A stretch of DNA of 64,000 bases, taken from NCBI RefSeq assembly GCF_006345805.1, contig NC_043007.1, positions 20,150,001 through 20,214,000 of the forward strand, read 5' to 3'. The position numbers and the translations under genes were made by a program. This DNA comes from Octopus sinensis (lineage: Eukaryota). Below the pieces are notes generated by a model. That model was not told the DNA's origin and made no database searches. It was given only the letters and a program-made list of their open reading frames with translations. The first letter of the stretch is position 1; each line of letters starts with the position of its first letter. This document shows positions 1 through 11,330 of the stretch, piece by piece.

Positions 1-360
1 ACAGACGAAATACCGCGAAGCATTTCGCCCAGCGTGCTAACGTTTCTGCCAGCTCGCCACCCTTTTTGTAGAGAAATACCTATTTCTTTACTACCCACAA
101 GGGGCTAAACACAGAGGGGACAAACAAGGACAGACAAAGGGATTAAGTCGATTATATCGACCCCAGTGCGTAACTGGTACTTAATTTATCGACCTCGAAA
201 GGATGAAAGGCAAAGTCGACCTAGGCGGAATTTGAACTCAGAACGTAACGGTAGACGAAATACGGCAAAGCATTTCGCCCGGCGTGCTAACGTTTCTGCC
301 AGTTCGCATTTACCACTAAGCATTTTGCCTGGTGTGCTAACATTTCTACCAGCTTGTCTC
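1..360 (-). mobile_element. SINE family A (tRNA-derived), adjacent copies
   Basis: Head GGCGGCGAGCTGGCAGAAACGTTAG, B-box GAGTTCAAATTCC and tail CCCCTTGTGGGTAGTAAAGAAATA; repeated throughout the window. Confidence 0.8.
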
Positions 361-362
361 CC

Positions 363-435
363 TAATAATAATAATAATATAATAATAATAATAATAATAA
401 CAATAGCAATAATAATAATAATGATAATAATAATA
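363..435. repeat. (AAT)n microsatellite
   Basis: Direct reading. Confidence 0.95.
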
Positions 436-1051
436 ATGGTGATCCTTTCTGCTAATAGCACAAGGTCTGAAATTCTGGGGGAAAGGTCATTTTGATTACA
501 TCACAGTGCTAGAGTTTGACTCGTACTTAATTTATCAACCTTACCCCCTCCCCACAAATTTCAGGCCTTATGCTGATAATAGGAGGGATTATTACGCAAC
601 TCTTTGAATTAATGTAGGTAGGTGTTAGCATCTTCTGCCTGGCCATTCGAAGACAACTTCCTTTCTGGCCCAATTCTGAGCTCTTAAACATGGCCTTCAG
701 TCCAGCAGCAGAAACGTCCACTAGTAAAATTTACCTTCTCGAGTCATGCTGACTCATGAGAGCTAGTTTCGCGGTGGTCCCCTGGTGTATATATTACCCA
801 CCTGGACGGGATGCCGGTCTGTCACAAGATTACTCATTTTTGCCAGCTGAGTGGACTGGAGCAACATGAAATGAAGTGTTTTGCTCAAGAACACAACGTG
901 TCACCTGGTCCAGGAATTGAAACCACAATCTTATGATCATGAGTCCAACACCCTAACCATTAAGCCACAAACCTCCACTGACCAGTATGGACTTGCTAGG
1001 TTAAGTCAGTGGGCTTGCTGGGTTGCAATCCCACAGACTTGTCCTTGTTTC

Positions 1052-1465
1052 TATTTCTTTATTGCCCACAAGGGGCCATACATAGCGGGGACAAACAAGG
1101 ACAGACAAAGGGATTAAGTCGATTAGATCGCCCCCTCCCCAGTGCATAACTGTACTTAATTTATCAACCCCGAAAGGATGAAAGGCAAAGTCAACCTCGG
1201 CAGAATGTGAACTCAGAACGTAAAGGCAGACGAAATACCTATTTCTTTATTACCTACAAGGGGCTAAACATAGAGGGGACAAACAAGGACAGACAAACGG
1301 ATTAAGTTGATTAGATCGACCCCAGTGCGGAACTGGTACTTATTTAATCGACCCCGAAAGGATGAAAGGCAAAGTCGACTTTGGCGGAATTTGAGCTCAG
1401 AACGTAGTGGCAGATGAAATACCGCTAAGCATTTCACCCGGCATTCTAACCATTCTGCAAGCTCG
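1052..1465 (-). mobile_element. SINE family A, head-to-tail dimer
   Basis: Full unit plus headless unit; TSD ccacagactt(g/c)tcct at 1031-1045 and 1466-1480. Confidence 0.8.
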
Positions 1466-1592
1466 CCACAGACTTCTCCTGGCCAATGCATGCTCTCATA
1501 TATTCCAGGTACTTTTTAGGGTGTCATCTCCTTCCAGATCCCTAGTGTCCATCATCATCCCCTTCTAAATCTTAAATGTCCATCACTAAGAC

Positions 1593-1730
1593 CCAAAATA
1601 CAAATATTTAGGGATAAATGAAGGCTCTGGTATTCAGCATGCAAGCATGAAAGAGAGGATCAGGAAGGAATGTTATAGGAGAGTTCGTGCAGTCCTGAAA
1701 TCTGAACTAAATGCACGTAACAAGGTATGA
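1593..1730 (+). pseudogene. Non-LTR retrotransposon RT fragment (R4/Dong-like)
   Basis: PKYKYLGINEGSGIQHASMKERIRKECYRRVRAVLKSELNARNKV*: YKYLG motif followed by the RR...LKS.LN..NK pattern; clade assignment from recall. Confidence 0.65.
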
Positions 1731-2040
1731 AGGCATGGCTTTCCTGTGACCCAATTCAAACACAATACCCTTCAGAATCTCCTGAGGGAGCTGCTTAGTG
1801 TTACCATTTTTGGAACAAAGCCTTTTCGATAGCAAAACCCAGCTGATAACAATAACTGATTATAACAATAAGTATAGCTGTTAACATTAAGATAACGTTA
1901 AGCAATAGATATAACAATATCTGGACTTTTGATTCTAAAAGAAGCTGATAACTTTTAATTCATTTTAAATAAAAAAATTTGGGACCAACTAAGTTTGATA
2001 ACAAATACTGTCTGATAACATTATCCAGCATTATAACACG

Positions 2041-2063
2041 TATGTGCTTGTGGGTGTGTGTGG

Positions 2064-2100
<37 letters not shown>

Positions 2101-2240
2101 CGTGTGTGTGTGCATGCTTGTGCACATGTGTGTCCATGTGTGCATGCTTGTGTGTGTGCATGCTTGTGCACACGTGTGTCCATGTGTGCATGCATGTGTG
2201 AGTGTATGCACGCATGTATGTGCATGTGTGTGTGTGTGTG
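2041..2240. repeat. Compound (GT)n / (GTGC)n microsatellite
   Basis: Direct reading. Confidence 0.95.
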
Positions 2241-2913
2241 GGTGTTGCTTGTGTCCCCTTGCTTGCACATCAAGCAATAGTTGTAACATTGAAAGCAAAA
2301 AATTTTCAGGGTCCCTTAACATACTATTGTGGATCCCTGATTTTACAATCTCGTTGTGAGGACCCAAAAAATATATGCCCCCCCCCTCAGGGGCCATATG
2401 AACCCCAGCTGAGAACCCCTGGTCTAGCTTCATGAAAGCACAGAGAAGTGCACGTTAATATCATGATGATGATACTGATGATGATGATATACACACGCAT
2501 GTGCTTGTCTTTGTGTTTATTTCCCACCACTGCTTGGCAACTGGTGTTGGTTTGTTTACATCCCCATAACTGTGGTTTTACCAAAAGAGACCAATAGGAT
2601 AATTATCAGGCTTGAGAGTAAGTACTAGATCGATTTTATTGACTGGACCAGGGGTTCTCAACCATTTTAAAAATCTATGGACCCCTTTGATTATTATTTT
2701 ACCCTGGTGGACCCTCATAGCCATTAGATGTTTAAAAACTAGTTTTTGTAGGTGTAGGAGTGGTTGTGTGGTAAGTAGCTTGCTTACCAACCACATGGTT
2801 CTGGGTTCAGGCCGACTGCGTGACACCTTGGGCAAATGTCTTCTACTATAGCCTCGAGCCGACCAAAGCCTTGTGAGTTGATTCGGTAGACAAAAACTGA
2901 AAGAAGCCCGTCG

Positions 2914-2947
2914 TATATATGTATATATATATATGTATATATATGTA

Positions 2948-3017
<70 letters not shown>

Positions 3018-3120
3018 CATATATATACATATTATATATATACATATATATATATATATATGTATGTATGTATGTATATGTATGTATATATATATATATA
3101 TATATATATAGATATATACA
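2914..3120. repeat. (TA)n / (TATG)n microsatellite
   Basis: Direct reading. Similar arrays at ~19590-19680, 19879-19975, 28880-28940 and 44215-44260. Confidence 0.95.
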
Positions 3121-3266
3121 AGAGCAATAAAGATTCAAGTTAATTTAAATGAATTTACTTGAATATGGTACCTAACTTAGATGCACCAAAAAAACTATAC
3201 TGATTTAACAATACAGTAATGCGGGGTGATTATAAGCGAGAAAGAAGCAACAAGAATGGATAGGTT

Positions 3267-3357
3267 TTTTAGTACGATCGTTTCATACAAGGACAGGTTT
3301 TATTAAAAGTTGCAAAGATTACAGCATATAAACGAGTCCCGTACTCATCAGCTAAAA
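3267..3357 (-). ncRNA. Type I hammerhead ribozyme motif with long stem-loop II (left arm of inverted pair)
   Basis: Reverse complement reads TTTTAG-CTGATGA-GTAC...GTAT-GAAA-C-GATC-GTA^CTAAAA; predicted cut between 3273 and 3272. Confidence 0.75.
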
Positions 3358-3763
3358 TACATGTGAGTTCTCTAGACATCCTAGTTTTGAGGCTATACTC
3401 ATGAAGTATGTAGATAATAAACAGATTTCTAAAGTTCATTAAAGTTCTTAAAGATGATGTACAGTCTTATCACAGAATTTTTAAAAAAGTTTTAATAGCA
3501 TCACAGAAGACAAATTTATCCATTAACAATGGATAAATTTGTCTTCTTGAGTATATAATCCCTCATCATATCTCTGGAAATTCATATGTGCACTATGGAT
3601 AGGTCACCTTCTCTGTGATGCTATTAAAACTTTTTTTAAAATTCTGTGATAAGACTGTACATCATCTTTAAAGAACTTTAATGAACTGTAGAAATCTGTT
3701 TAATTATCTACATTACTTCATGATATAGCCTCAACACTAGGATGTCTAGAGAACTCACATGTA

Positions 3764-3853
3764 TTTTAGCTGATGAGTACGGGACTCGTTTATATGCTGT
3801 AATCTTTGCAACTTTTAAAAAACCTGTCCTTGTATGAAACGATCGTACTAAAA
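3764..3853 (+). ncRNA. Type I hammerhead ribozyme motif with long stem-loop II (right arm)
   Basis: Stem I TTTTAG/CTAAAA (6 bp), core CTGATGA at 3770, stem II GTACGGGAC/GTCCTTGTAT, GAAA at 3836, palindromic stem III ACGATCGT, GUA cut at 3847/3848. Confidence 0.8.
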
Positions 3854-5123
3854 ACCTATCCATTCTTGTTGCTTCTTTCTCGCTTATATATATATTAATA
3901 TATATATATATATATAATATATATATATGTATGTATGTATTTAGGTATGTGTGTGTTTTGTTTGTGTGTCTGTGTTTGTCCCCCCAACATCGCTTGACAA
4001 CCGATGCTGGTGTGTTTATGTCCCCGTAACTTAGCGCTTCGGCAAAAGTGACCGATAGAACAAGTACTAGGCTTCCAAAGAATAAGTCCTTGGTCGATTT
4101 GCTCGACTAAAAGGCGGTTCCCCAACATGACCGCAGTCAAATGACTAGAGTATAAAGAATAGAAACTTCTTTCAAGATTCATATTTTATTTTTCACACTG
4201 TTCAATCCATACAGGTTAGAGAAAGAAACCTAGCTGTTTCTTACAATAGATACCAATACCTACGTCTAAAGCCAATTTTTTCCTGGAGTCCTTAAAATAC
4301 TAGTATCTTTTCGCTTTGACCGGCAGAAAAAAAATCATGTTTTATATACACATTCTACCAGTATACGAAGTTTAAAAGTGTTTAGTTACAAACAAATTAT
4401 TAAAAAATTCTGCCGGTCAAAGCGAAAAGATCCGAGGTCAGCGATTGGTTAAAATTGCCGAAATGCTCGAAATTAAAGTTGAAATATGTTACAACATATA
4501 GAATTTTCTCAATAAAGCCAAGAAAAAATGATGTTTTTAAAACACATTCTACCAGTATACGAAATTTAAAAGTGTTTAGTTAACTAGAAATTGCGTTGAA
4601 AACTGCCGTTCAAAAGGAAAAGATCCAAAAAATCTTATATAGACCCGCAGGGGCCATATGGAGCCTCTTTGAGAACCCCTGGACTAGACCCTCCATGGTG
4701 GTGCCCCAGCCGAGACGCTGTCTGATAACTGAAAAAAGTAAAAGAACAATTTATTTTCCTGTGTTAAAAGAATATTTCTCTCAATTGTCCGACTAAAAAT
4801 TACATTGGTCTGTATTTATTTTGAGTAAATTCTTCTTTATTCTTCTTATATATTCTACACAACGTAGTGACTGTTCTGCCTTATTTATAGTCAGCCTATA
4901 TATAAAGTTATTTCCGATCGTAATCCATATCTTGTGAGGCAAGTTAGAACTTGCTTTTCTCTATTAAAACAAAAAAATACATAACAGCTACATAATTGCT
5001 TAATGAACTTAGATCACGTGAAAGGAGGCTTTTGACATAATATACAAATATACGACGTATAAGTTACCCCTCTCAAAGGGAAGTTAAGCGCTCCCTTTTT
5101 TTACTTTTTGTCTTGATTAAAAA

Positions 5124-5360
5124 CTAGCAGTATCGCACGGCGTTGCTCGGGTTTGTTTCGACCCTTTAGAATTGGAATTTTTGAAAAATAAAAATTTTGC
5201 TGTTATGTAGCTTGTTATTCTCTTTAAGTGAACATTTTTCTAGTTGAAATACACCGAAAAATGGCAACACAGCAGTCAAAAAATCGTAAAAAATAGGGAT
5301 TTTCATAGAAAAAAAGCACCTTTTTGAAGTAAATAATTTTTGGTGTTAACATGATCCGAT
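5124..5360 (-). mobile_element. Helitron 3' fragment (same family)
   Basis: CTAG end, hairpin and body match. Confidence 0.75.
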
Positions 5361-5899
5361 AAAGCCTATGCAGTAATGTACAAATGTCTGGAAAGTGAAC
5401 AGTGTATGAATCAGATACATGCTTGCGTGTGTATGGAGGGGAGAAAATCAGGCGTAGTGTTGGCGAATCTCGGGAAGCATGGAAGTTTTTAAAGGATGCA
5501 GTGCTCCGACTTTTGAAGGATGTATGTATGTATGTGTTCTTCTCTGTTTTTAATTAAGTAAATTCTTCCTCTGAGGAAAAAAAAAGCGATATCAAAGAAA
5601 AGAAAAAAGAGGGTGTGTCATCAAAGACGGTTGGCGTGAAGTCAGGGAAATAATTTCTAGATGACGATCCAAGGGAAATAACTCAAATAAGAAAGTTATT
5701 GGTTTCAGATTTTGACATTTGATCAATATTTTCGGCGGCGGGTCTAAGTTGGTTAAATCGTTCCCCAGTGCGTAACTGGTACTGATTTTGTCGATCCCGA
5801 AAGGATGAAAGGCAAAATCGACATCGGTGGAATTTGAGCTCAGAATGTAAAGACAGACGAAATGCCAGTTCGCCGTCTTTAAAGAAAAATATTAATCTA

Positions 5900-6886
5900 C
5901 TAGCAAGATAGCCCGGCATTGCTCGGGTTTGGTTTTTTAGTTGCGCTTAAAACGGCAGACTTTGATGTCACCTTAATAAAGTCTTGATATAGTTTCAATC
6001 TTTTTTGAAAAGTAAATATTTTGCATTATGTAGCTTGTTATTCTCTTTGAGTGAACATTTTTCTGGTTGAAATACACCGAGAAATGGTGACACAGCAGTC
6101 AAAATATCGTAAAAAAAAAAAGGGATTTTCATAGAAAAAAAAAAGCACCTTTTTGATGTAAATAATTTTTGGTGTTAACATGTTCCGATTTGAATTTTAT
6201 CTTCTACGGAAGGAAGAGCAAGCCTTCTCCTATCATACTCTCAATTTTGGTCAACTTGCGCCGCAGGGTCTCAGAGAAGATAGTGTTAGTTGAAGGCTAC
6301 CAAACTTGCCATACACAGACAACTTCAGCTTTATATAGAGAGAGACTAGTCTGGTTGAAATACACCGAAAAATGACGGCACAGCAGTCAAAAAATAGGGA
6401 TTTTCATAGTAAAAAAGCACCTTTTTGATGTAAATAATTTTTGGTGTTAACATGGTCTGATTTAATTTTTTCTTCTACGGAAGGAAGAGCAAGCCTTCTT
6501 CTATCATACTCTCAATTTTGGTCAACTTGCGCCGCAGGGCCTCGGAGGAGATAGTGTTAGTTGAAGGCTACCAAACCTGCCACACACAGACAACTTCAGC
6601 TTTATATAGAGAGAGACTAGTCTGGTTGAAATACACCGAAAAATGACGGCACAGCAGTCAAAAAATAGGGATTTTCATAGTAAAAAAGCACCTTTTTGAT
6701 GTAAATAATTTTTGGTGTTAACATGGTCCGATTTGAATTTTAACTTCTATGGAAGGAAGAGCAAGCCTTCTTCTATCATACTCTCAATTTTGGTCAACTT
6801 GCGCCGCAGGGCCTCGGAGGAGATAGTGTTAGTTGAAGGCTACCAAACCTGCCACACACAGACAACTTCAGCTTTATATATAAAGA
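5900..6886 (-). mobile_element. Non-autonomous Helitron, tandem array of 3 units
   Basis: A|TC 5' end at 6886; CTAG|T 3' end at 5900; subterminal CCCG/CGGG hairpin at 5912-5927; internal CTAG|TC junctions at 6346/6345 and 6617/6616. Confidence 0.85.
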
Positions 6887-7092
6887 TAGAAGATAGATAT
6901 GATAAAACAGTGTTTCTCAAACTGTTGCCCATGATGATGGTCATCTTTTGGCAATTAAAAACGCGCACTGTTTATTTGGTTTTCGTTTATTTGTCCGTCA
7001 AAGTTCTTTCGTTAACATGGGTCTCTGTCCCATGTGTCTCCTCATGCTTTGTCCATTCCATTTTCAATTTCATTTTTTTTGTTTATTATACA

Positions 7093-7508
7093 TATTTCTT
7101 TACTACCCACAAGGGGCTAAACACAGAGGGGACAAACAAGGACAGACATGGGTATTAAGTCGATTGCATCGACCCCAGTGCGTAATTGGTACTTAATTTA
7201 TCGACCCCGAAAGGATGAAAGGCAAAGTCTTCCTCGGCGGAATTTGAACTCAGAACGTAACGGCAGACGAAATACCTATTTCTTCACTACCCACAAGGGG
7301 CTAAACACAGAGGGGACAAACAAGGACAGGCATAGGTATTTAGTGGATTACATCAACCCCAGTGCGTAACTGGTACTTAATTTATCGACCCCGAAAGGAT
7401 GAAAGACAAAGTCGACCTCGGCGGAATTTGAACTCAGAACGTAAAGCAGACGAAATACCACTAAGCATTTCGCCCGGTGTGCTAACGTTTCTGCCAGCTC
7501 ACCGCCTT
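7093..7508 (-). mobile_element. SINE family A dimer
   Basis: Same AAAGAAATA|GGTATTTC junction as the other dimers. Confidence 0.8.
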
Positions 7509-7970
7509 AATGTTTTTGTTTTTTTTTATTATATCAATTACCTTCTTTTTCCTTTTACAGATCCGTTTTGCAAACCCCCTTGATGCGATTTAACGCCATC
7601 GTTTTTTAATGTTCATCTTGTAGTATTAAGCCAGTATAATTTAGTTCCTAGTACTTCTTAACACTGCAGCACCCTTCTATAAGCGAATATTTGACGCATC
7701 ACACATGATTTCAGCCAAACTCAGACTCATATATATATATATATAGCCATGATAAAACTCGGAGTTTTATCATGGCTACCGAATAATTGTCACAAATTAC
7801 ATTTACAGATATTTTCCTCTATTTACATAATATCGAGATCTCTTTCATTCTTTTGTAGTTTTACCATTTTTATCAATATATATATATATATTCCCATGCT
7901 GGCCACTTGATAATATCGATATTATCCTTATTTATAGATTTATATACACACACACATATATATATATATA

Positions 7971-8908
7971 TGGATGTATTCTACCTGATTTTTTCCATAT
8001 AATATGTACTGTGAACCGCGTGATGCACATACTGTTTTGATGGTATTATTATTATTATTATTATTATTAATAATAATAATATTAGTAACAATAGTGGTAA
8101 TGGTAATAATAATGATAGTAATATTAATGGCATTTTGTAACTTAATATAATGTTCATATAGATATAGATATGTGTATGTTTGTATATTGTAATATTCTAA
8201 TATATTGATTTCACCAACTGTAACCTTGAATATAGAATATATGTATGTCTATTGTTGTATATTATTATGTATATGTGTATATATATATATAGGAGCATGG
8301 GTATATGCTCTCATATGTATGTGTATATTATATATTATGGGTATGTACCCACTCTTGTATGGGTGTACCTCCTCTGATATTCGTATTTAGATTGTACTTT
8401 ATAATCTCTGAAGAGGCCTTGGGATATTTTTGTAAGTGTCTCATTTATAAACACATATAACTTAGCACACCTGGCTAATGAGCATAATGAGCACCCATAT
8501 CTACATGGCTGAAACAGCTGTAAGATGTAGATATTTATATTTATTTATATTCACTTATACATATTATACTTATTATATCATATTACTCATTGATATGCAT
8601 TGTTTTGTTCTGTACTATTATGTTTGACCTTGATTTTCATATGTAGTTGGTTAATAAATTATGTGATTGGGTATTATCTGATAGTTGATAATTGATTTGG
8701 ATGTATTTCTCCATTTTCTTATTTTGTATTATGAATTTGTGGTAAAACATTTTACCTTCGCCCATATAATACAGTAAATGAATTAACTGCATCGCAATTC
8801 TTAACATTTATGTATTAACTTTGTTGGGTGCTTTACTGGCAGTATATTGGATATATGTTATCCCATGGTGGGTTGCACTCACAACCCCTATCTCAATTTG
8901 TAATTTTT
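7971..8908 (+). mobile_element. Penelope-like remnant carrying a hammerhead, between TA arrays
   Basis: Hammerhead at 8404-8526, AT-rich 3' tail and (TA)n on both sides; boundaries approximate. Confidence 0.4.
8404..8526 (+). ncRNA. Type I hammerhead ribozyme motif with ~88-nt loop II
   Basis: ATCT-CTGAAGA-GGCC...GGCT-GAAA-C-AGCT-GTA^AGAT; stem I 4 bp; palindromic stem III ACAGCTGT. Confidence 0.65.
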
Positions 8909-9211
8909 ATATATATATATATATACCTCGAATCTACCGGTTGAAATTTGCTTTTACATTCTGATTTATAGTCGTTGTTGTTGCTGCTATTGATTTCGCC
9001 ACTGGGATCGTGGCTAACATGTAGTTTATCAGTATATCGTATTCAATTTTAGTTATAAGTTAATGTTTAAAAATTCGGATTGAGAAGATTTGGTACCACT
9101 AACGGGATACTCAACCTGTTTTGGCACTGGGAGCTCGAGCTCTCTCTCTCACGCACGCGTCGACATTAACACATAGAGAGAGAGTCTGAGAGATATATAC
9201 ATACTTCCAAA

Positions 9212-9514
9212 TGAGGCACATGGCCTAGGGGTTAGAGCGGTCGAGGGATCGCGGGTTCTAATCTCAGACCGCGCGATGAGGTATAAGGCGGCGAGCTGGC
9301 AGAAACGTTAGTGCACCGGGCGAAATGCTTAGCGGTATTTCGTATGGCGCAACGTTGTGAGTTCAAATTCCGCTGAGGTCGACTTTGCCTTTCATCCTTT
9401 CAGGGTCGATAAATAAAGTACCAGTTACGCACTGGGGTCGATGTAATCGACTTAATCCGTTTGTGTGTCCTTGTTTGTCCCCTCTATGTTCAGCCCCTTG
9501 TGGGCATTAAAGAA
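9212..9514 (+). mobile_element. Chimeric SINE: family G tRNA head fused to a family A copy
   Basis: Perfect 19-bp TSD atatatacatacttccaaa at 9193-9211 and 9515-9533 encloses both parts. Confidence 0.8.
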
Positions 9515-10156
9515 ATATATACATACTTCCAAACACCTAGATACTCACGCACATAAAGAGGGAGAGAGAGAGGCACAAATGTTGGTCAAATTTTGGGGTC
9601 AATGGCAGCCAGTACGGGGGTGAGGGTAAGTCGATTACATCGACCCCAGATCTTAACTGCTACTTATTTTATCGACCACAAAAGGATGGAAGGCAAATAT
9701 CAACCTCTGCGGAATTTGAACTTAAAACACACAGACGGACGAAATGTCGCTAAGCAATTTGTCCGGCGTGCTAACGATCCTGCCAGAAGCACGAATATTA
9801 AAATGTATTGGAAAATATCCATTCATCTCTGCTGACTTTCTTAAGGGGGTTCGTAGAGGTAGAATCTTCATGTACCTCCTCCACAGGGTCCGATCAGAAG
9901 CAACCGTCCTTACATTTTCCGGCTGGATTTCTAAGAACGAGCAACTGAGACTACAGATATTTGTTAACCATTTTGTACTTGTGTACCCTTATGTCCCCTG
10001 CCAGTTGGCTTGGCTTGAAAAATCTGTCTTGCAATTTTTTACCTGTGATATTCTAATATCGTTCGTAATATCGCAGCGGTGAACAAATTCTTAAAATATG
10101 GAGTTATTTCCCTTCATACACATACTGGAAGAATACTATTGTGAATAGAAGTTTAT

Positions 10157-10650
10157 ATTCTTTTCTACTCTAGGCACAAGGCCCGAAATTTTGGGGGAGG
10201 GGGCCAGTCGATTAGATCAACCTCAGTACGCAATTGGTACTTAATTTATCGACTCCGAAAGGATGAAGGGCAAAGTCGACCTCAGCGGAATTTGAACCCA
10301 GAATGTAAAGACAGACGAAAGGGGCTAAACACAGAGAGGACAAAAAAGGACAAACGGATTAAGTCTATTATATCGACCCCATTGCGTAACTGGTACTTAT
10401 TTAATCGACCCCGAAAGGATGAAGGGCAAAGTCGACCTCGGCGGAATTTGAAGTCAGTACGTAACGGCAGACGAAATACTTATTTCTTTACTACCCACAA
10501 GGGGCTAAACACAGACAGGACAAACAAGGACAGACAAACGGATTAAGTCGATTATATCAACCCCAGTGCTTAACTGGTACTTGTTTAATCGACCCCAAAA
10601 GGATGAAAGGCAAAGTCGACCTCGGCGGAATTTGAACTCAGAACGTAGCG
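10157..10650 (-). mobile_element. SINE family A/A2 trimeric array
   Basis: Three consecutive partial units of the family A body. Confidence 0.7.
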
Positions 10651-10651
10651 G

Positions 10652-11000
10652 CAGGAGTGGCTGTATGGTAAGTAGCTTGCTTACCAACCACATGGTTCCG
10701 GGTTCAGTCCCACTGCGTGGCAGCTTCGGGCCGACCAAAGCCTTGTGAGTGGATTTGGTAGACGGTAACTGAAAGAAGCCCGTCGTATATATGTGTATGT
10801 TTGTGTGTCTGTGTTTGTCCCCTCAACATCGCTTGATAACCAATGCTGGTGTGTTTACGTCCCTGTAACATAACGGTTCTGCAAAAAAGTACTGATAGAA
10901 TAAGTACTAGGCTTACAAAGAATAAATCCTGGAGTTGATTTGCTCGACTAAAGGCGGTGCTCCAACATGGCCACAGTCAAATGACCGAAACAAGTAAAAA
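10652..11000 (+). mobile_element. SINE family B
   Basis: GGAGTGGCTGT...GAAAGAAGCCCGTCG-(TA)n-...CAAATGAC(T/C)GAAACAAGTAAAA. Confidence 0.8.
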
Positions 11001-11330
11001 AGAAAAAAAAAAAGAAAAGAAAAATATTTCTTCTTGGAGAATGGATTCAAGGAATTCCAAAAATGATAATTATTCTCCTTGGCTGTCATCCAATTTTTGA
11101 ATCTGTCAAATATAATTTCTTAACCTATATACAGCTTCTTTCATTGTTATACTTGTAAGTTCGCATTTTACGGGTCTGAATTTAGACCGGTGGACCAGAG
11201 TTGTATAGGAACACGGTGCTACTTTGATTCCAGATTTGTGTTCTGTGTAGAGGGAGACATCCAAGGGTATGAATCTATGGACCAGTAAGCCAAACAAACA
11301 CACCAATTCGTTTTTACTACTGTAGACTAA

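Larger units (their letters stand above)
3121..3888. mobile_element. Penelope-like / retrozyme remnant: 277-bp inverted arms plus one-sided 110-nt extension, in (TA)n
   Basis: Arms 3231-3507 and 3612-3888 are near-identical reverse complements and each carries a hammerhead; flanked by TA arrays. No RT/GIY-YIG ORF recognised. Confidence 0.6.
2749..4170 (+). mobile_element. SINE family B split by a hammerhead element inside its internal (TA)n
   Basis: 5' half 2749-2913 (A-box-like TGGTTGTGTGG, GGTTCAG) and 3' half ~3941-4170. Confidence 0.8.
2649..4681. mobile_element. hAT-like MITE with nested insertions
   Basis: TIRs CAGGGGTTCTCAA / TTGAGAACCCCTG; 8-bp TSD gactggac / gactagac. Confidence 0.8.

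Noticed and set aside
1960-3143. HT-, CV- and YI-rich ORFs
   Set aside because: Translations of CA/GT/TA microsatellites.
7148-7583. Recurrent ORFs such as MRNWYLIYRPRKDERQSRPRRNLNSE and MVLTWSDLNFFFYGRKSKPS
   Set aside because: Chance open frames in SINE A and Helitron copies; stops and frames vary between copies.
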